From Callorhinchus milii (Eukaryota): 48,995 bases of DNA. This document shows, piece after piece, positions 24,060-36,602 of this stretch (position 1 is the stretch's first letter; each line of letters starts with the position of its first letter). The notes under the pieces were generated by a model. It worked only from the letters and a program-made list of their open reading frames with translations, did no database searches and was not told the origin of the DNA. The DNA is taken from contig NW_024705392.1 of NCBI RefSeq assembly GCF_018977255.1, forward strand, positions 1 to 48,995, in the 5' to 3' direction. The translations under genes and the position numbers were made by a program.

Positions 24060-24210
24060 GAGGAGACGGCCGTAAGCACGGTCGAGGAGAAATGTTTTTA
24101 GGTGAGATTTGAAAAAGGGAGGAAAGGGCATAATGCAGCCGGATTGAGGGAGAGCATTCCAGAGATTTGGGGCACAGTGGCTGAAAGTACGGCCTCTCCA
24201 CACATCCGTC
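24060..24210 (-). mobile_element. Decayed L2 3' ORF2 fragment just downstream of CALHM exon 2
   Basis: Minus strand RGRTFSHCAPNLWNALP...FKSHLKTFLLDRAY. Confidence 0.7.
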
Positions 24211-24406
24211 CTTAAAAAGACACATCCACCCATAACTCACCTTCACCAACAATCCCACAAACTCCGCTACAAACACACACTCTCCTTTACACAAGCACAC
24301 TACCATACGCACACACCCACCCGTAAAACCTGCCCTAAAAGGCACACCCTCCCTACACACACACCCTCCCCTATACACAGAACCACCACTACACAATCAG
24401 ACTTGT

Positions 24407-24727
24407 GGAGTCCTGTAGCTCAGTGGTTAGAGCACTCTCTTTCCAAGCGAGACACCTGGGTTCAACTCCAGGCAGAGCGAAACCTTGGGCAACTTTCCTT
24501 ACTCCACACGTCTAATAATAATCCCTCGAAAACAAAACAATAATAAATTGGTCATTTCATCCACTACTGTTTGTGTGACATCCTGTGTGCAATTGGCTCC
24601 CGCGTTTCGCCCACAAATATAGTCAATTCACTTTACAGTATATTCTGTGAAGCGCTTTGAGACGTCGAGAAGACGTGAAAGCGCTATACCAAATGCAAGG
24701 ATTATTATTGTTATGATTATTATTATT
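24407..24727 (+). mobile_element. Full-length SINE, followed by a SINE 3' fragment at ~24828-24940
   Basis: GGAGTCCTGTAGCTCAGTGGTTAGAGCACT...GGGTTCAACTCC...AAATGCAAGG(ATT)n. Confidence 0.88.
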
Positions 24728-26984
24728 TATCCTCCACTGCCTACATCCTCCCCAACAATGACACACCCTTCCCTTCACACATGCAATCTCCCCTACACAC
24801 ACACCATCACCTACAAAGACGAATCCTCCACGTTCGCCCACAAATATACAGTCAATTCACTTTACAGTATATTCTGTGAAGCGCTTTGGGACGTCCTCCC
24901 GACGTGAAAAGCCCTATATCAAATGCAAGGATTATTATTATATCCTCCCCTACACATACATTCCCCTACACACGCCCTCACGAAAAAAGACACATCCTCC
25001 TCAACATACTCCATCACCTAGAAACACATATCCTTCCCGACACAAACCGTACCATATACACTCGACCTTCCCTATATACCCCTGCAATTATAAGAAACTC
25101 CCTAATCTACAAACACCCTGCCTACATACCCCTTCCCCTAAAATCCCGCATCCACCCCTCAACCTCTACAATTACATATTCCCTGCTCCAGTCACGCACT
25201 TCCTATACACACATTCTATCCCAACACACACACATCCTCCATAAAGACTCCCTCCCCAACAAAGACACAGCCTACCATACACAGACACTTCACCGTAAAA
25301 TGCCATCTTCAACAAACTCAACACTACCGCACACAGCCTTACCCTCATATACCGTCACCTACACGCACATCCTCCTCTATTCGCAACCACCATTACAAAG
25401 ATACAACTTCCCCTACAAACACATCCTCCCCTAAACACGCCATACTCTACAAAGGCACATCAACCCAAGCACAAAACTTCTCCTACAATCCTGCATAATC
25501 TCTTACAGACTCCATCCCCTACAAAACACACTCTCCTCTACACAGTCTCCCCTACCAACACACCCTCCTCTATTCACACACCCTAATTTATGCAGACGCC
25601 TTCTCGTAAATACACTACCCTACAAGGTCACACTCTCCCGTAAACATACCCTCAACTATTCACATCCTCTACAATATACACGCTCCCCTATAAAGACGCA
25701 TCCTCCCCTTCACACACACTCATCCGCCCCGGCACATAACTTCTCCTACAAAGACACATCCTGTCATAAACAAACATTCCACTACACACGCCCTCTGCTA
25801 CAAACACACACTACCCTAAATACACACCCTACACTACGCACATGACCTGACGCACAAAAACTCCCACGTCAATATACAGACCCTCCACTATACATATCTT
25901 CCCAATAAACACGAATCCTCCACTACAAACTCCAGTCCCCACAGACACACATCATTCCATACACACACAATCTCCACTACACATACCCTCCTCTATACAC
26001 AGGTACTTCTGTACACACACGACCTCCACTACGCACACCATCACCTACTCGCACACCCTCACCTACACAATCGTATCCTCCCCTACACAAACCATGCCAT
26101 TCAGACATGCTTTCACCTAGAAACACACCCTGACTATACACACACACACTATATTATATATATACATCCTCCCCTACCTTCACCCTGCCATACAAAGAGA
26201 CGTCCTCCCCAAACACCTTGCCCTACACACAACCTCCCCTATACACACTCCGTCCACGAAACACTCACGTATCCTCCCCTAGACACTACAAGAATATATG
26301 CTCCCTTACGTACACACCCTCCCCTACAAAGATACAACTTTCCCTAGACACTTCATCTCCTACGCATAAACACAATCCCTAAATACACACACCCACCTCT
26401 GCACACGCCGTCTCCTACAAACACATATCGTCACCCCCTACACACACACCCTACAAACACCCTCCCCTGAACACATTCTCACCTAACGCACCCTCCCATA
26501 CAGACACATTCTCCGTAAACGCACCTTCCGCTGCAGACACAATCACACTCTCCAGAAACATACCATCCCCTACATACGTCCAACCATAAAAACATATCCT
26601 CGCCTATACACAGACTCCTTTACACAAACCTCTCCTACAAACACACATACTCCAAAAAAACACACCATCACCGACATACACAATATCTCCCCTGCACACA
26701 CTAAAACCTACAAAGGCACGGCTTCCTCTACAGTCACCCCCCTCCCCTGCATGCACCCTCCTTGGTACGCACACCATCCACTGCACACACGCATCCTCAC
26801 CTACACATACCGCCACGTCACACACATCCTTCTCAACGCAATCCATCCACTACATACTTAGATCTTTCCCTATACGCACTCTGCCCTACGGACAATACCT
26901 TATCTAAGCACACTCTCCCCTATAAAAACAGCATCCGCAACGCATACACGCATCCTTCCCTGCACACATATCCACCACTACACA

Positions 26985-27588
26985 CAACAACAACAACAAC
27001 AAGTTTCCATTTTTAGAGCGCCTTTCACGTCGGGAGGACGTCCCAAGGCGCTGTACAGTTGGATCAGGACCCGAGCATTGGGGGGAAATGGTCAGGGTAG
27101 GGGAGGGAAGGGGGGGAGCGAGGAGGGGGTAGAGAGTCGAGAGGGAACTGAAGGCTGAAGGTCAAAGAGAAAGGTCTTGAGACCGGCCTTGAAGGAACAA
27201 AGGGAGTAAGCGGCGAAGGCACTGGGGGATTGAGTTCCAGAGCCTCGGGGCTGAGAGGCTGAAGGCCACCGATGGTAGGGCGGTTGGGGCGTGGAATGTG
27301 GAGCAGACCGGAGCCAGAGGAACGGAGTGTACGAGCAGGTAGGTAGTGGGATGGAAGTTCAGAGAGTTAGGAGGGAGCGAGGCAGTGAATGGCCTTCTGG
27401 TGAGGATGAGGATCTTGAACTCGATCCTCTGTGGAATGGGGAGCCAGTGGAGGCGAGCGAGGGTGAGTGCGAGGGTGGGTGTGATGTGGTACCGAGGTGT
27501 GGTGCGGGACAGTACACGAGTTGCAGAGTTCTGAATGACCTGCAGTGTGGAGGGAGGTGCCGGGAAGGCCGGCGAGGAGAGTTCCCAT
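26985..27588 (-). mobile_element. 5'-truncated L2 LINE with (TTG)n tail
   Basis: LQVIQNSATRVLSRTTPRYHITPTL..LHWLPIPQRIEFKILIL...LWNSIPQCLR; (CAA)n at ~26985-27002 on the + strand. Confidence 0.9.
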
Positions 27589-29294
27589 TCATACACACAC
27601 ATATTCCTCAACAGAATCCACCCCCTACATGCAAACATTTTGCCCTACACACACACTGCCCTTCACGCACTCTCCCCTAAAATCATAACTACCCTACAAA
27701 CACTACCTACCCAACACACACGCCCTCTCCTACACACACACCCTACACCATGTGCAAGCCAACTCCTACACACATTTTCCCCTTCAAATACACTTCCTCC
27801 CATAAACATACAATCTCCACTACACACACACCACCACATACACTATGCCCTGCACAAACGCCCTCACCTACACACAGGTCCACGCTAAAAAACACACTCC
27901 ACAACACAAACAAACTCCCCTGCATACACATCCTACACAACACGCACGCTCCCTTATCAAGTCAATTCCTCCCCTATCCAAACCATCCCCGACCAACAAG
28001 CATCCTTTCCTACACAGTTCAGCCCCTACAAACACACACTCTCCGCTGCACACACACACTTTCCTTTAAACAAACACCATCCCCTGCACAAAGCATCCAC
28101 TGAACACACACCATCCGAATCACACACACACACACCTTCCACTTCACACAACACTGTGCTACATCAGCCCTCCCCTACACATACACCATCCCGTACACAC
28201 ACACACATGCATGCACAAATCCTCTCCAATACAAACCGTCCCCTTCAAAGACACATCCTCCTCCCCTACAAACACCCTCCCATGCAAAGACACCCTGCCC
28301 TATGCACACAACTTGCACGACGCACACGCCCTCAGTAACAAACACTGCCTCTTCTGCATATGCACCATCCACTACATAACGTCCCTTAAAACACGAATCC
28401 ACCCCTGCACTCTCCATCCCCTGCAGACACACACATCCCATACACATTCAGTCTTCCCAACAAACACCATCCCTTACATATAGACACTTCCATACACACA
28501 CCATCCCGTACTTGCACACCCTTACCTGCAGACTCGTATCTTCCCCTACACACACCTTGCCATCAAAGACGCACGCTCACCTAGACACACTATCCCCTAT
28601 ACACAGACTCTGCACTATGTACAAACATCATCCCCTATACATACCCTCCCCTGCAAAGGTACGCCCTCCACAAAACCCACAACCTCCGCGACACACGCCC
28701 TCCCCTGTACACAAATCGTCTACTGCACATAAGCATCCTCCCCTACACACACACACCCTATAAAGGCATATATACCCAAAACACACATCCTATCCTACAC
28801 ACACCCCCCCTACAAAGACACATCCTCCCCCATATCCACCTACACAGACATGTCCTCCCTTACACACACACTTTCCAACACACGGCCGCTCCTTCAAACA
28901 CATATCATCACCAAGACACTCCATCCCCTTATAGACACTCACATCCCCCACCCAACCCTCCACTGTATACATCCTCCCCTACACGCACCATCCTCTGCAG
29001 ACATACATTCTCCCCTAAACACTACCGAGACACATCCCGTGCCTGACACCCATCATCCCCTACACACATCCAACCCCAAAAAGAGCTATCTTCGCATATA
29101 TACGCAACCCTACGCATTCCTTCTCCTACATGCTCCCCAAAGCACACAATCCCCTTACACACAAACTCCCCTACATGCATGCCCTCACCTACACACGCAC
29201 TCCCCTACACGCATAACCTCCCCTTCTCATAAAACCCCTTAAACACACATACTAGCTTATACACACGGTCCCATACGAAAACTTATCCCCCGCT

Positions 29295-29872
29295 AAACAA
29301 CAAAACTACATTTACAGAGGGCCTTTCGCGTCGTGAGGACATACCAAAGCGCTGAACAGTTAAATGTCGGGGCCCGAGCATGGATTAGGGTTGGTGTAGG
29401 GCAGAGGGAAGGCAGAGAGGTAGGAGGGCGACTAAAGGCACTCTCTAAGAGAAGGTTCTTGAGACCGGCCTTGAAGGAGGCAAGGGAGTAAGCGAGGTGA
29501 AGGGACCGTGGGATGGATTTCCAGAGTGTGGGGCCAGAGAGGCTGAAAGACTGGCCACCGATGGTAGGGCGGGTCGTGCGGGACATATTGAGCAGACCGG
29601 AGCCCGCTGAACGGAGGGAACGGACAGGTGGGTAGGGAGTCAGCAGGTCAGAGAGGTAGGGGGGGGAAGGCCATAGACGGCACCATCCTTTGAGGGATGG
29701 TGGGAGTGATGGGGTCACGGAGCCGGGTGCGCGAGAGAACATGCGCTCAGAGTTTTGGATGATCTGCAGCTTGTGGAGAGAAGAGTTGGGAAGACCGAGT
29801 GAGGAGGGACTTCCCTCAGTCCAGTCTTGATGTGACGAATGGTGTGTGATGGTTTGGGCAGCCTGAGGATTG
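29295..29872 (-). mobile_element. L2 LINE fragment (different subfamily) running into the assembly gap
   Basis: YLSDLLTPYPPVRSLRSAGSGLL...GGQSFSLSGPTLWKSIP...FKAGLK; LQIIQNS motif near 29745-29770. Confidence 0.8.
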
Positions 29873-29902
29873 NNNNNNNNNNNNNNNNNNNNNNNNNNNN
29901 NN
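29873..29902. other. Assembly gap (N run)
   Basis: 30 N characters; true size unknown. Confidence 0.99.
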
Positions 29903-32900
29903 GGGAGGTCCCAGGTATTTATTAACTGTATAACGCTAGCTCCGCTCCTTGCGGATTAGTCTCTCGATTTCCTTGTGGTGTGTGTCTCTTTCTCTGTCTG
30001 TGTGTGTGTTTCTCTCTGGCCATGTCTGTGTGTGCTTCACTCTCTCTGGCTGTGTGTATGTTTCTCTCTCTCTCTGGCTGTGTGTGTGTTTCTCTCTCTC
30101 TGTCTGGCTGTGTGTGTTTTCTCTCTCTCTCTGGCTGTGTGTGTGTTTCTCTATCTCTCTGGCTGTGTGTGTGTTTCTGTCTCTCTGTGTCTGGTGTGTG
30201 TTTCTCTCTCTCTGGCTGTGTGTGTGTTTCTCTCTCTCTGTCTGTGTGTGTGTTTCTCTCTCTCTGTCTATGTGGGTGTTTCTCTCTCTCTGTCTGTGTG
30301 TGTTTCTCTCTGGCCATGTCTTTGTGTGCTTCACTCTCTCTGGTTGTGTGTGTGTTCCTCTCTCTCTCTCTCTGGCTGTGTGTGTGTTTTTCTCTCTCTG
30401 TCTGTGTGTTTGTTTCTCTCTCTGTCCATGTGTGTGTTTCTCTCTCTATCTGGCTGTGTGTTTCTCTTTCTCTCTGTCTGTGTGTGTCTCTCTCTCTCTC
30501 TGGCTGTGTGTGTTTCTCTCTCTCTCTCTGGCTGTGTGTGTGTTTCTCTCTCTCTCTGGCTGTGTGTGTGTTTCTCTCTCTCTCTGGCTGTGTGTGTTTC
30601 TCTCTCTCTCTGGCTTTGTGTGTGTGTATTTCTCTCTCTCTCTCTCTCGCTGTGTGTGTGTATTTCCCTCTCTCTGGCTGTGTGTATCTCTGTCTATCTC
30701 TGTGTGTGCAAAAGTACATCTCCATAACAAACTCTCTTTGTCTGTACGTATCATTCTCTCTCGGCCTCTCTGCCTGTGTGTGTCTCTGTGTTTCAGTCAG
30801 TTACCGGTTAGAGTGTCATTGAGGCCTAGGCAGGAAATTATGTGTTTGTGAAAACGCTGCATTTTCGGTGTTCATTAAGATATAAACCGCAGGTCTGGGC
30901 TGTGTGTGTAACGCCCTAATTATGGTGATACAAGTTAACTCAATACAACATGGTTTTACAGCACAAACTAAGAGATTTACACCAAATGCACATTCACAAG
31001 CGTCCGATAATCAGTGAAACAAATGGCCCATTTTGAGCTTTTGCTCTGTGTTGATGGTATATTTGAGCTGTGTTTGATTTCCATGTTGTTTTGCCCTTTG
31101 CTCTCGAGCTGTGACTGTAAGTAGCCGAGAGGAACATGAGGCTGTGAGTTCAGCGCTGCACATCCCCTGTGGTGTGTTACCGCAGCTCATGGTTTCCTGT
31201 TTTTCTGTTTTTCTGTGCAAAGAATGAGACGGGATCAAAACAAGAAGCCGCGGCTTTAGTTGTTGACTGAACACCCTCTGTCTTCTCACTGAGGGCAGGG
31301 AGGGCAGTCTGTGTGTGTGCATGTGTCAGTATCTCTCTCTGTGTGTCACTGTGTCTGTGTGTGTCTGTGTGTGTATCACTCTCTCTGTGGGTGTCTATGT
31401 GTGTGTGTCAGTCTCTCTGTGTGTAACTGTGTGTGTGTGTGTGTCAGTTTCTCTCTGCATGTAAATGTGTTTGTGTGTGTGTCTGTGTGAGAAGATAAGA
31501 ACAAAAGAATTTAGCAGCAGGAGTAGGCCCTTCGGCCTACTATCTCTTGCGCAAACACTCCCTTCTGCAAAGGCTCCCTTGCGCAAAGTCTCACTTGCGC
31601 AAACACTCCCCTGTGCAAACACTTCACTGAGCAAACACTCCATTGCACAAATGCTCCATTTCTCAAACACTCCCATGCGCGAGCACTCCCACGTGGAAGG
31701 ACTCCCATGTGTAAATATCCCCGCACACATAGACCCCCATTCACAAAGTCTTCCATGTGCAAACACTCCCATGCGTAAACACTCCCACGTGCAAACACTC
31801 CCACGCACAAACACTCCCACACGGGAGCACTCCCAGGCGCGAGCACTCCCACACGCAAACTTTTCCACGCGGTAACTTTTCCACGCACAAACACTCTCGC
31901 GCAAACACTCCCCTGCGCAAACACTGCCAAGTGCAAACACTCCCTTGTGCAAACACTGCCTTGCGCAAACATGTCCATGCGCAAACACGCCCCCGCGCAA
32001 ACACTCCCAGGCGCAAACACACTCCAACACGCAAACTCTCCCATGCCTGAGCACTCCCACACGCAAAGACTCCCACGTGTAAATACCCGCATACACATAG
32101 ACACAATGCACAAAGTCTTCCATCTGCAAACACTCCCTTGAGCAACCACTGCATCGCGAAAACACTCCCACGTGCAAACACTCTCTCGCGCAAACACTCT
32201 CTCGCGCAAACACTCCCTCACGCAAACACTCCCTCACTGAAACACTCCCCTGCGCAAACACTCCCAACTGCAAACAACAACAACAAGATTCCATTTCTAA
32301 AGCGCTTTCACGTCGGGAGGAAGTCCCAAGGCGCTGTACAGTTGGGTCAGGATTTATGCATTGGGGGGAAATGGTCAGGGTGAGGGGAGGGAAGGGAGGG
32401 AGCGAGGAGTGGGGGAATGGTCAGGGAGGGGGGGAAGGAGGGAGCGAGGAGGGGGGAATGGTCAGGGTGAGGGGGGGAAGGGAGGAGCGAGGGGGGGAAT
32501 GGTCAGGTGAGGGGGGGGGAAGGGAGGGAGCGAGTAGGGGGGGAATGGTCAGGGTGAGGGGGGGGAAGGGAGGGAGCGAGGAGGGGGCAGAGAGTCGAGA
32601 GGGGAGATGAAAGCTGAAGGTCAAAGTGAAAGATCTTGAGACCGGCCTTGAAGGAGGAAAGGGAGGAAGCAGCGAAGGCACTGGGGATAGAGTTCCAGAG
32701 GCTCGGGCTGAGAGGCTGAAGGCCACCGATGGTAGGGCCGTTGGGGCGGGGGATGTGGAGCAGACCGGAGCCACAGGAATGGAGGGTACGGGCAGGTAGG
32801 TTTGGGGATAATCGGTCCGAGAGGTAGGAGGGAGCGAGGCCGTGAATTGCCGTGTAGGTGAGGATGAGGATCTAGAAATCGATCCTCTGGATCGTACACA

Positions 32901-33815
32901 GAGCCAAGTTGGATACAAACACAAACATATACACAGCCAGGCTGGACACACACACAAACACACACACACACAGAAAGGCTGGACATACACAAACACACAC
33001 ACACACAGAAAGGCTGGACATACACAAACACTGAGAAGGCTGGACACATGCACACACACGGAGCCAGGCTGGGCACATGCAGATAAGCACACCGAGTCAG
33101 GCTGGACATACACACTGAGCCAGGCTGGACACACACACACACAGCCAGACTGGAAACACACACACAGATTTAGGCTGGACACACACACAAACACACACAC
33201 GCTGGACACACACACTGAGCCAGGATGGACACATGCTCACACACACATACATAAACACACACAGCCAGGCTGGACACACACACACACACACACACACTGA
33301 GCCAGGCTGGTCACACGAACACACACACTGAGCCAGGCTGGACACACACAGATTTAGGCTGGACACACACAGCCAGGCTGAACACACACACACACAGCCA
33401 GGCTGAACACACACACAAAACCAGGCTGGACACACACACAAAGCCAGGCTGAACACACACACACATACACTGAGCCAGGCTGAACACATACACAAACTCA
33501 CACACAGCCAGGCTGGACACACACACACTGAGCCAGGATGGACACATGCAGACACAGGGAACCAGGCAGGACATATACACACACACACACACACACACAG
33601 CCAGGCTGGACACACGCACACATAAGCACACTGTACCAGGCTGACACACACACACACACACACACACTGTGTCAGGCTGGTCACACACACACACAAAAAT
33701 ATACACACAGATAGCCTGGACACACACACACAAACTGAGCAAGGCTGACACACATAATGAACTAGGCTGGACACATGCTCACACACACATACATGCACAC
33801 ACACTGAGCCAGGCT

Positions 33816-33861
<46 letters not shown>

Positions 33862-34508
33862 GCTGGACACACAAACACTGAGAAGGCTGGATACATGCAA
33901 ACACACGGAGCCAGGCTGGGCACATGCAGACAAGCACACCGAGTCAGGCTGGACATACACACTCAGCCAGGCTGGACACACACACACTGGGTCAGGCTGG
34001 ACACACACACACACACAGCCAGGCTGGACACACACACAAACTCACACACAGACAGGCTGGACACGCACACAGCCAGGCTGGACGCACACACAAAAACACA
34101 CACAGCCAGGCTGAACACACACGCACTGAGCTAGGATGGACACATTCTAACACAGGGAACCAGGCAGGACACACACACACATACAGACACACACACACAC
34201 GCACACAGCCAGGCTGGACACACACACACTGATCCAGGCTGACACACACACACACACACACACACTGTGTCAGGCTGGACACAAACACACACCGAGTCAG
34301 GCTGGACACACACACACACAAATATAGACACAGATAGACTGGACACACACACACAAATTGAGCCAGGCTGACACACACACTGATCCAGGCTGGACACATG
34401 CTAACACACACATACACACACACACACACAGACAGGCTGGACACAAACACACACACACTGAACCAGGCTGGACACACGCATACAAACTGAGCCAGGCTGG
34501 ACACACAT

Positions 34509-34815
34509 ACAACAACAACAAGATTCCATTTATAGAGCGCCTTTCACGTCAGGAGGACGTCCCAAGGCGCTGCACAGTTGGGTCATGACCCGAGCAGGGG
34601 GGAAATGGTCAGGGTGAGGGGAGGGAAGGGAGGGAGAGAGGAGGGGGGAAATGGTCAGGGTGAGGGGAGGGAAGGGAGGGAGCGAGGAGGAGGAAGAGAG
34701 TCGAGAGGGAAGCTGAAGGCTCGGTCAAAGAGAAAGGTTTTGAGACCGGCCTTGAAGGAGGAAAGGGAGGAAGCGGCGAAGGCACTGGGGGATGGAGTTC
34801 CAGAGCCTCGGGGCG
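34509..34815 (-). mobile_element. Young 5'-truncated L2 insertion, right arm only
   Basis: (CAA)n-gattccatttatagagcgcctttcacgtcaggaggacgtcccaaggcgc...ggagttccagagcc. Near-identical to 45318-45622 and absent at the equivalent left-arm position (~10,990). Confidence 0.85.
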
Positions 34816-35036
34816 AGTCTGGCTGGACACACGAACACACACACACACTGAGCCAGGCGGGACACACACACACCCACACACAAACACACACACTGAGCCA
34901 GGCTGGACACACGCACACACACTGAGCCAGGCTGGACACACACACACTGAGCCAGGCTGGACACACTCACACACACACACACACACACTCACACACACTG
35001 AGCCAGGCTGGACACACACACACACTGAGCCAGGCT

Positions 35037-35074
<38 letters not shown>

Positions 35075-36562
35075 AGCCAGGCTGGACACACACACACACA
35101 CACTGAGCCAGGCGGGACATACACACACCCACACACAAACACACACACTGAGCCAGGCGGGACACACACACACACAAAACAACGTCCCACAGAAATATTC
35201 ATGTAAAATAATAATGCTGTGTTTCGCCAATAAAACATAGTCACTACATTATACAGCATATCCTGATGCGCTTTGTGACATCTAAAAGACGTGATAAGGC
35301 GCTATATAAAATCTAAGGATTATTATTGTTGTTAAAAAGCAGATTGGAGATTCAAAGTGGGTTTCTCTCCAGAGAAATGTAACGGCAAATTTCCTCTACA
35401 GAAGTTCTGCGGTTGGTTTTCGTTGCTTATCTTCCTGTTGCAGTTAAATGTTTGAGCCCTTTTTGCAGTGAGTTTTGTGTGGTTTGTGCTTTATATCCGG
35501 TAACGTTGCAAAACAAACACCATGACAGTGGTTCATATACACATCAGCCTTTGCGATTTGCACCATGTCCAACATTAACCCTTTCATACAGCTTGAATTG
35601 TGGTGGTCTGGACTCTATTATCTGGAGAAACTCTTTCTCTGTCCCCTAAAGCGTTGCGGGATCTTTAACAACTGTTCTGAACACAACACAAACTGGACCT
35701 CAATATATCATGTCACCTGATTCTGAGACTTTGAGAGACACGGTGTGTGGTAGAGAATGACAATATGAGAGATAAGAGTGAGAGTGACAAAGAGGGAGAG
35801 AAATCATGAGTGACATTGTGTGTGAGGGACTGAATGTGAATGACACAGATGGAGAGACATCGACTCAGTATGAGAGAATCAGTGTGAGAGACATTGTGAG
35901 AGACATAGTATGTGAGAGTGTGAGAGAGAGTGTGTGAGAGTCAGTGAGTGTGAGAGAGGGTATGTGAGAGTCAGTGAGTGTGAGAGAGAGTGTGAGAGAG
36001 ACAGTGAGTGTGAGAGAGTTTGTGAGAGAGTATGTGGGAGACATAGTGTCTGAGAGACAGTGTGAGAGACTGTGTGTGAGAGAGAAACTAGGCAGTGTAT
36101 AAGTAGAAAAATAACTTGGAGCCATTGAAATCCCATGAATACCCTCCTCCCCCTCCACAACAAGCAGGATAATAATCATTGGCACAGAGCCTTTCATGTC
36201 AGTAGGACATGAATCTACATCAAAATGAACGTAAGGCCAAAATCTAATTCAATCAACATTCTGTTAACTTATACAGCGTCACAACCCGTCCCACACATGG
36301 CTCACAGAACAGAAGCCGTCCTGCTCCTTCCTCATCAAACCAGGAGTCTCCAATCCCTACAATCTATCTGCAGTGACTGCGCGAAGTATCACTTGAAGAG
36401 CCACTGAAATCGATGAGATTCCTGACCAGTACTGGGTCTCGAGGAAGAGCGACACAGACTTAGATTGTGAGAGACACAGTTTGTAAGAGAGACTGACAGT
36501 GTGATAGACTCATAGGGAGAGAGAGTGTGAGAGACAGAGAGGGACAAATAGCGAGATTGGGA

Positions 36563-36602
<40 letters not shown>

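Larger units (their letters stand above)
24230..29290. repeat. Old, highly degenerate C/A-rich satellite (CCTCCCCTACACACAC-like), interrupted by SINE and L2 copies
   Basis: Recurrent catcctcccctacacacac motif with strong strand skew (very few G). Confidence 0.8.

Noticed and set aside
29903..29977. Short unique sequence right after the gap
   Set aside because: Matches neither arm nor spacer; may be a low-quality contig end, so no inference is drawn.
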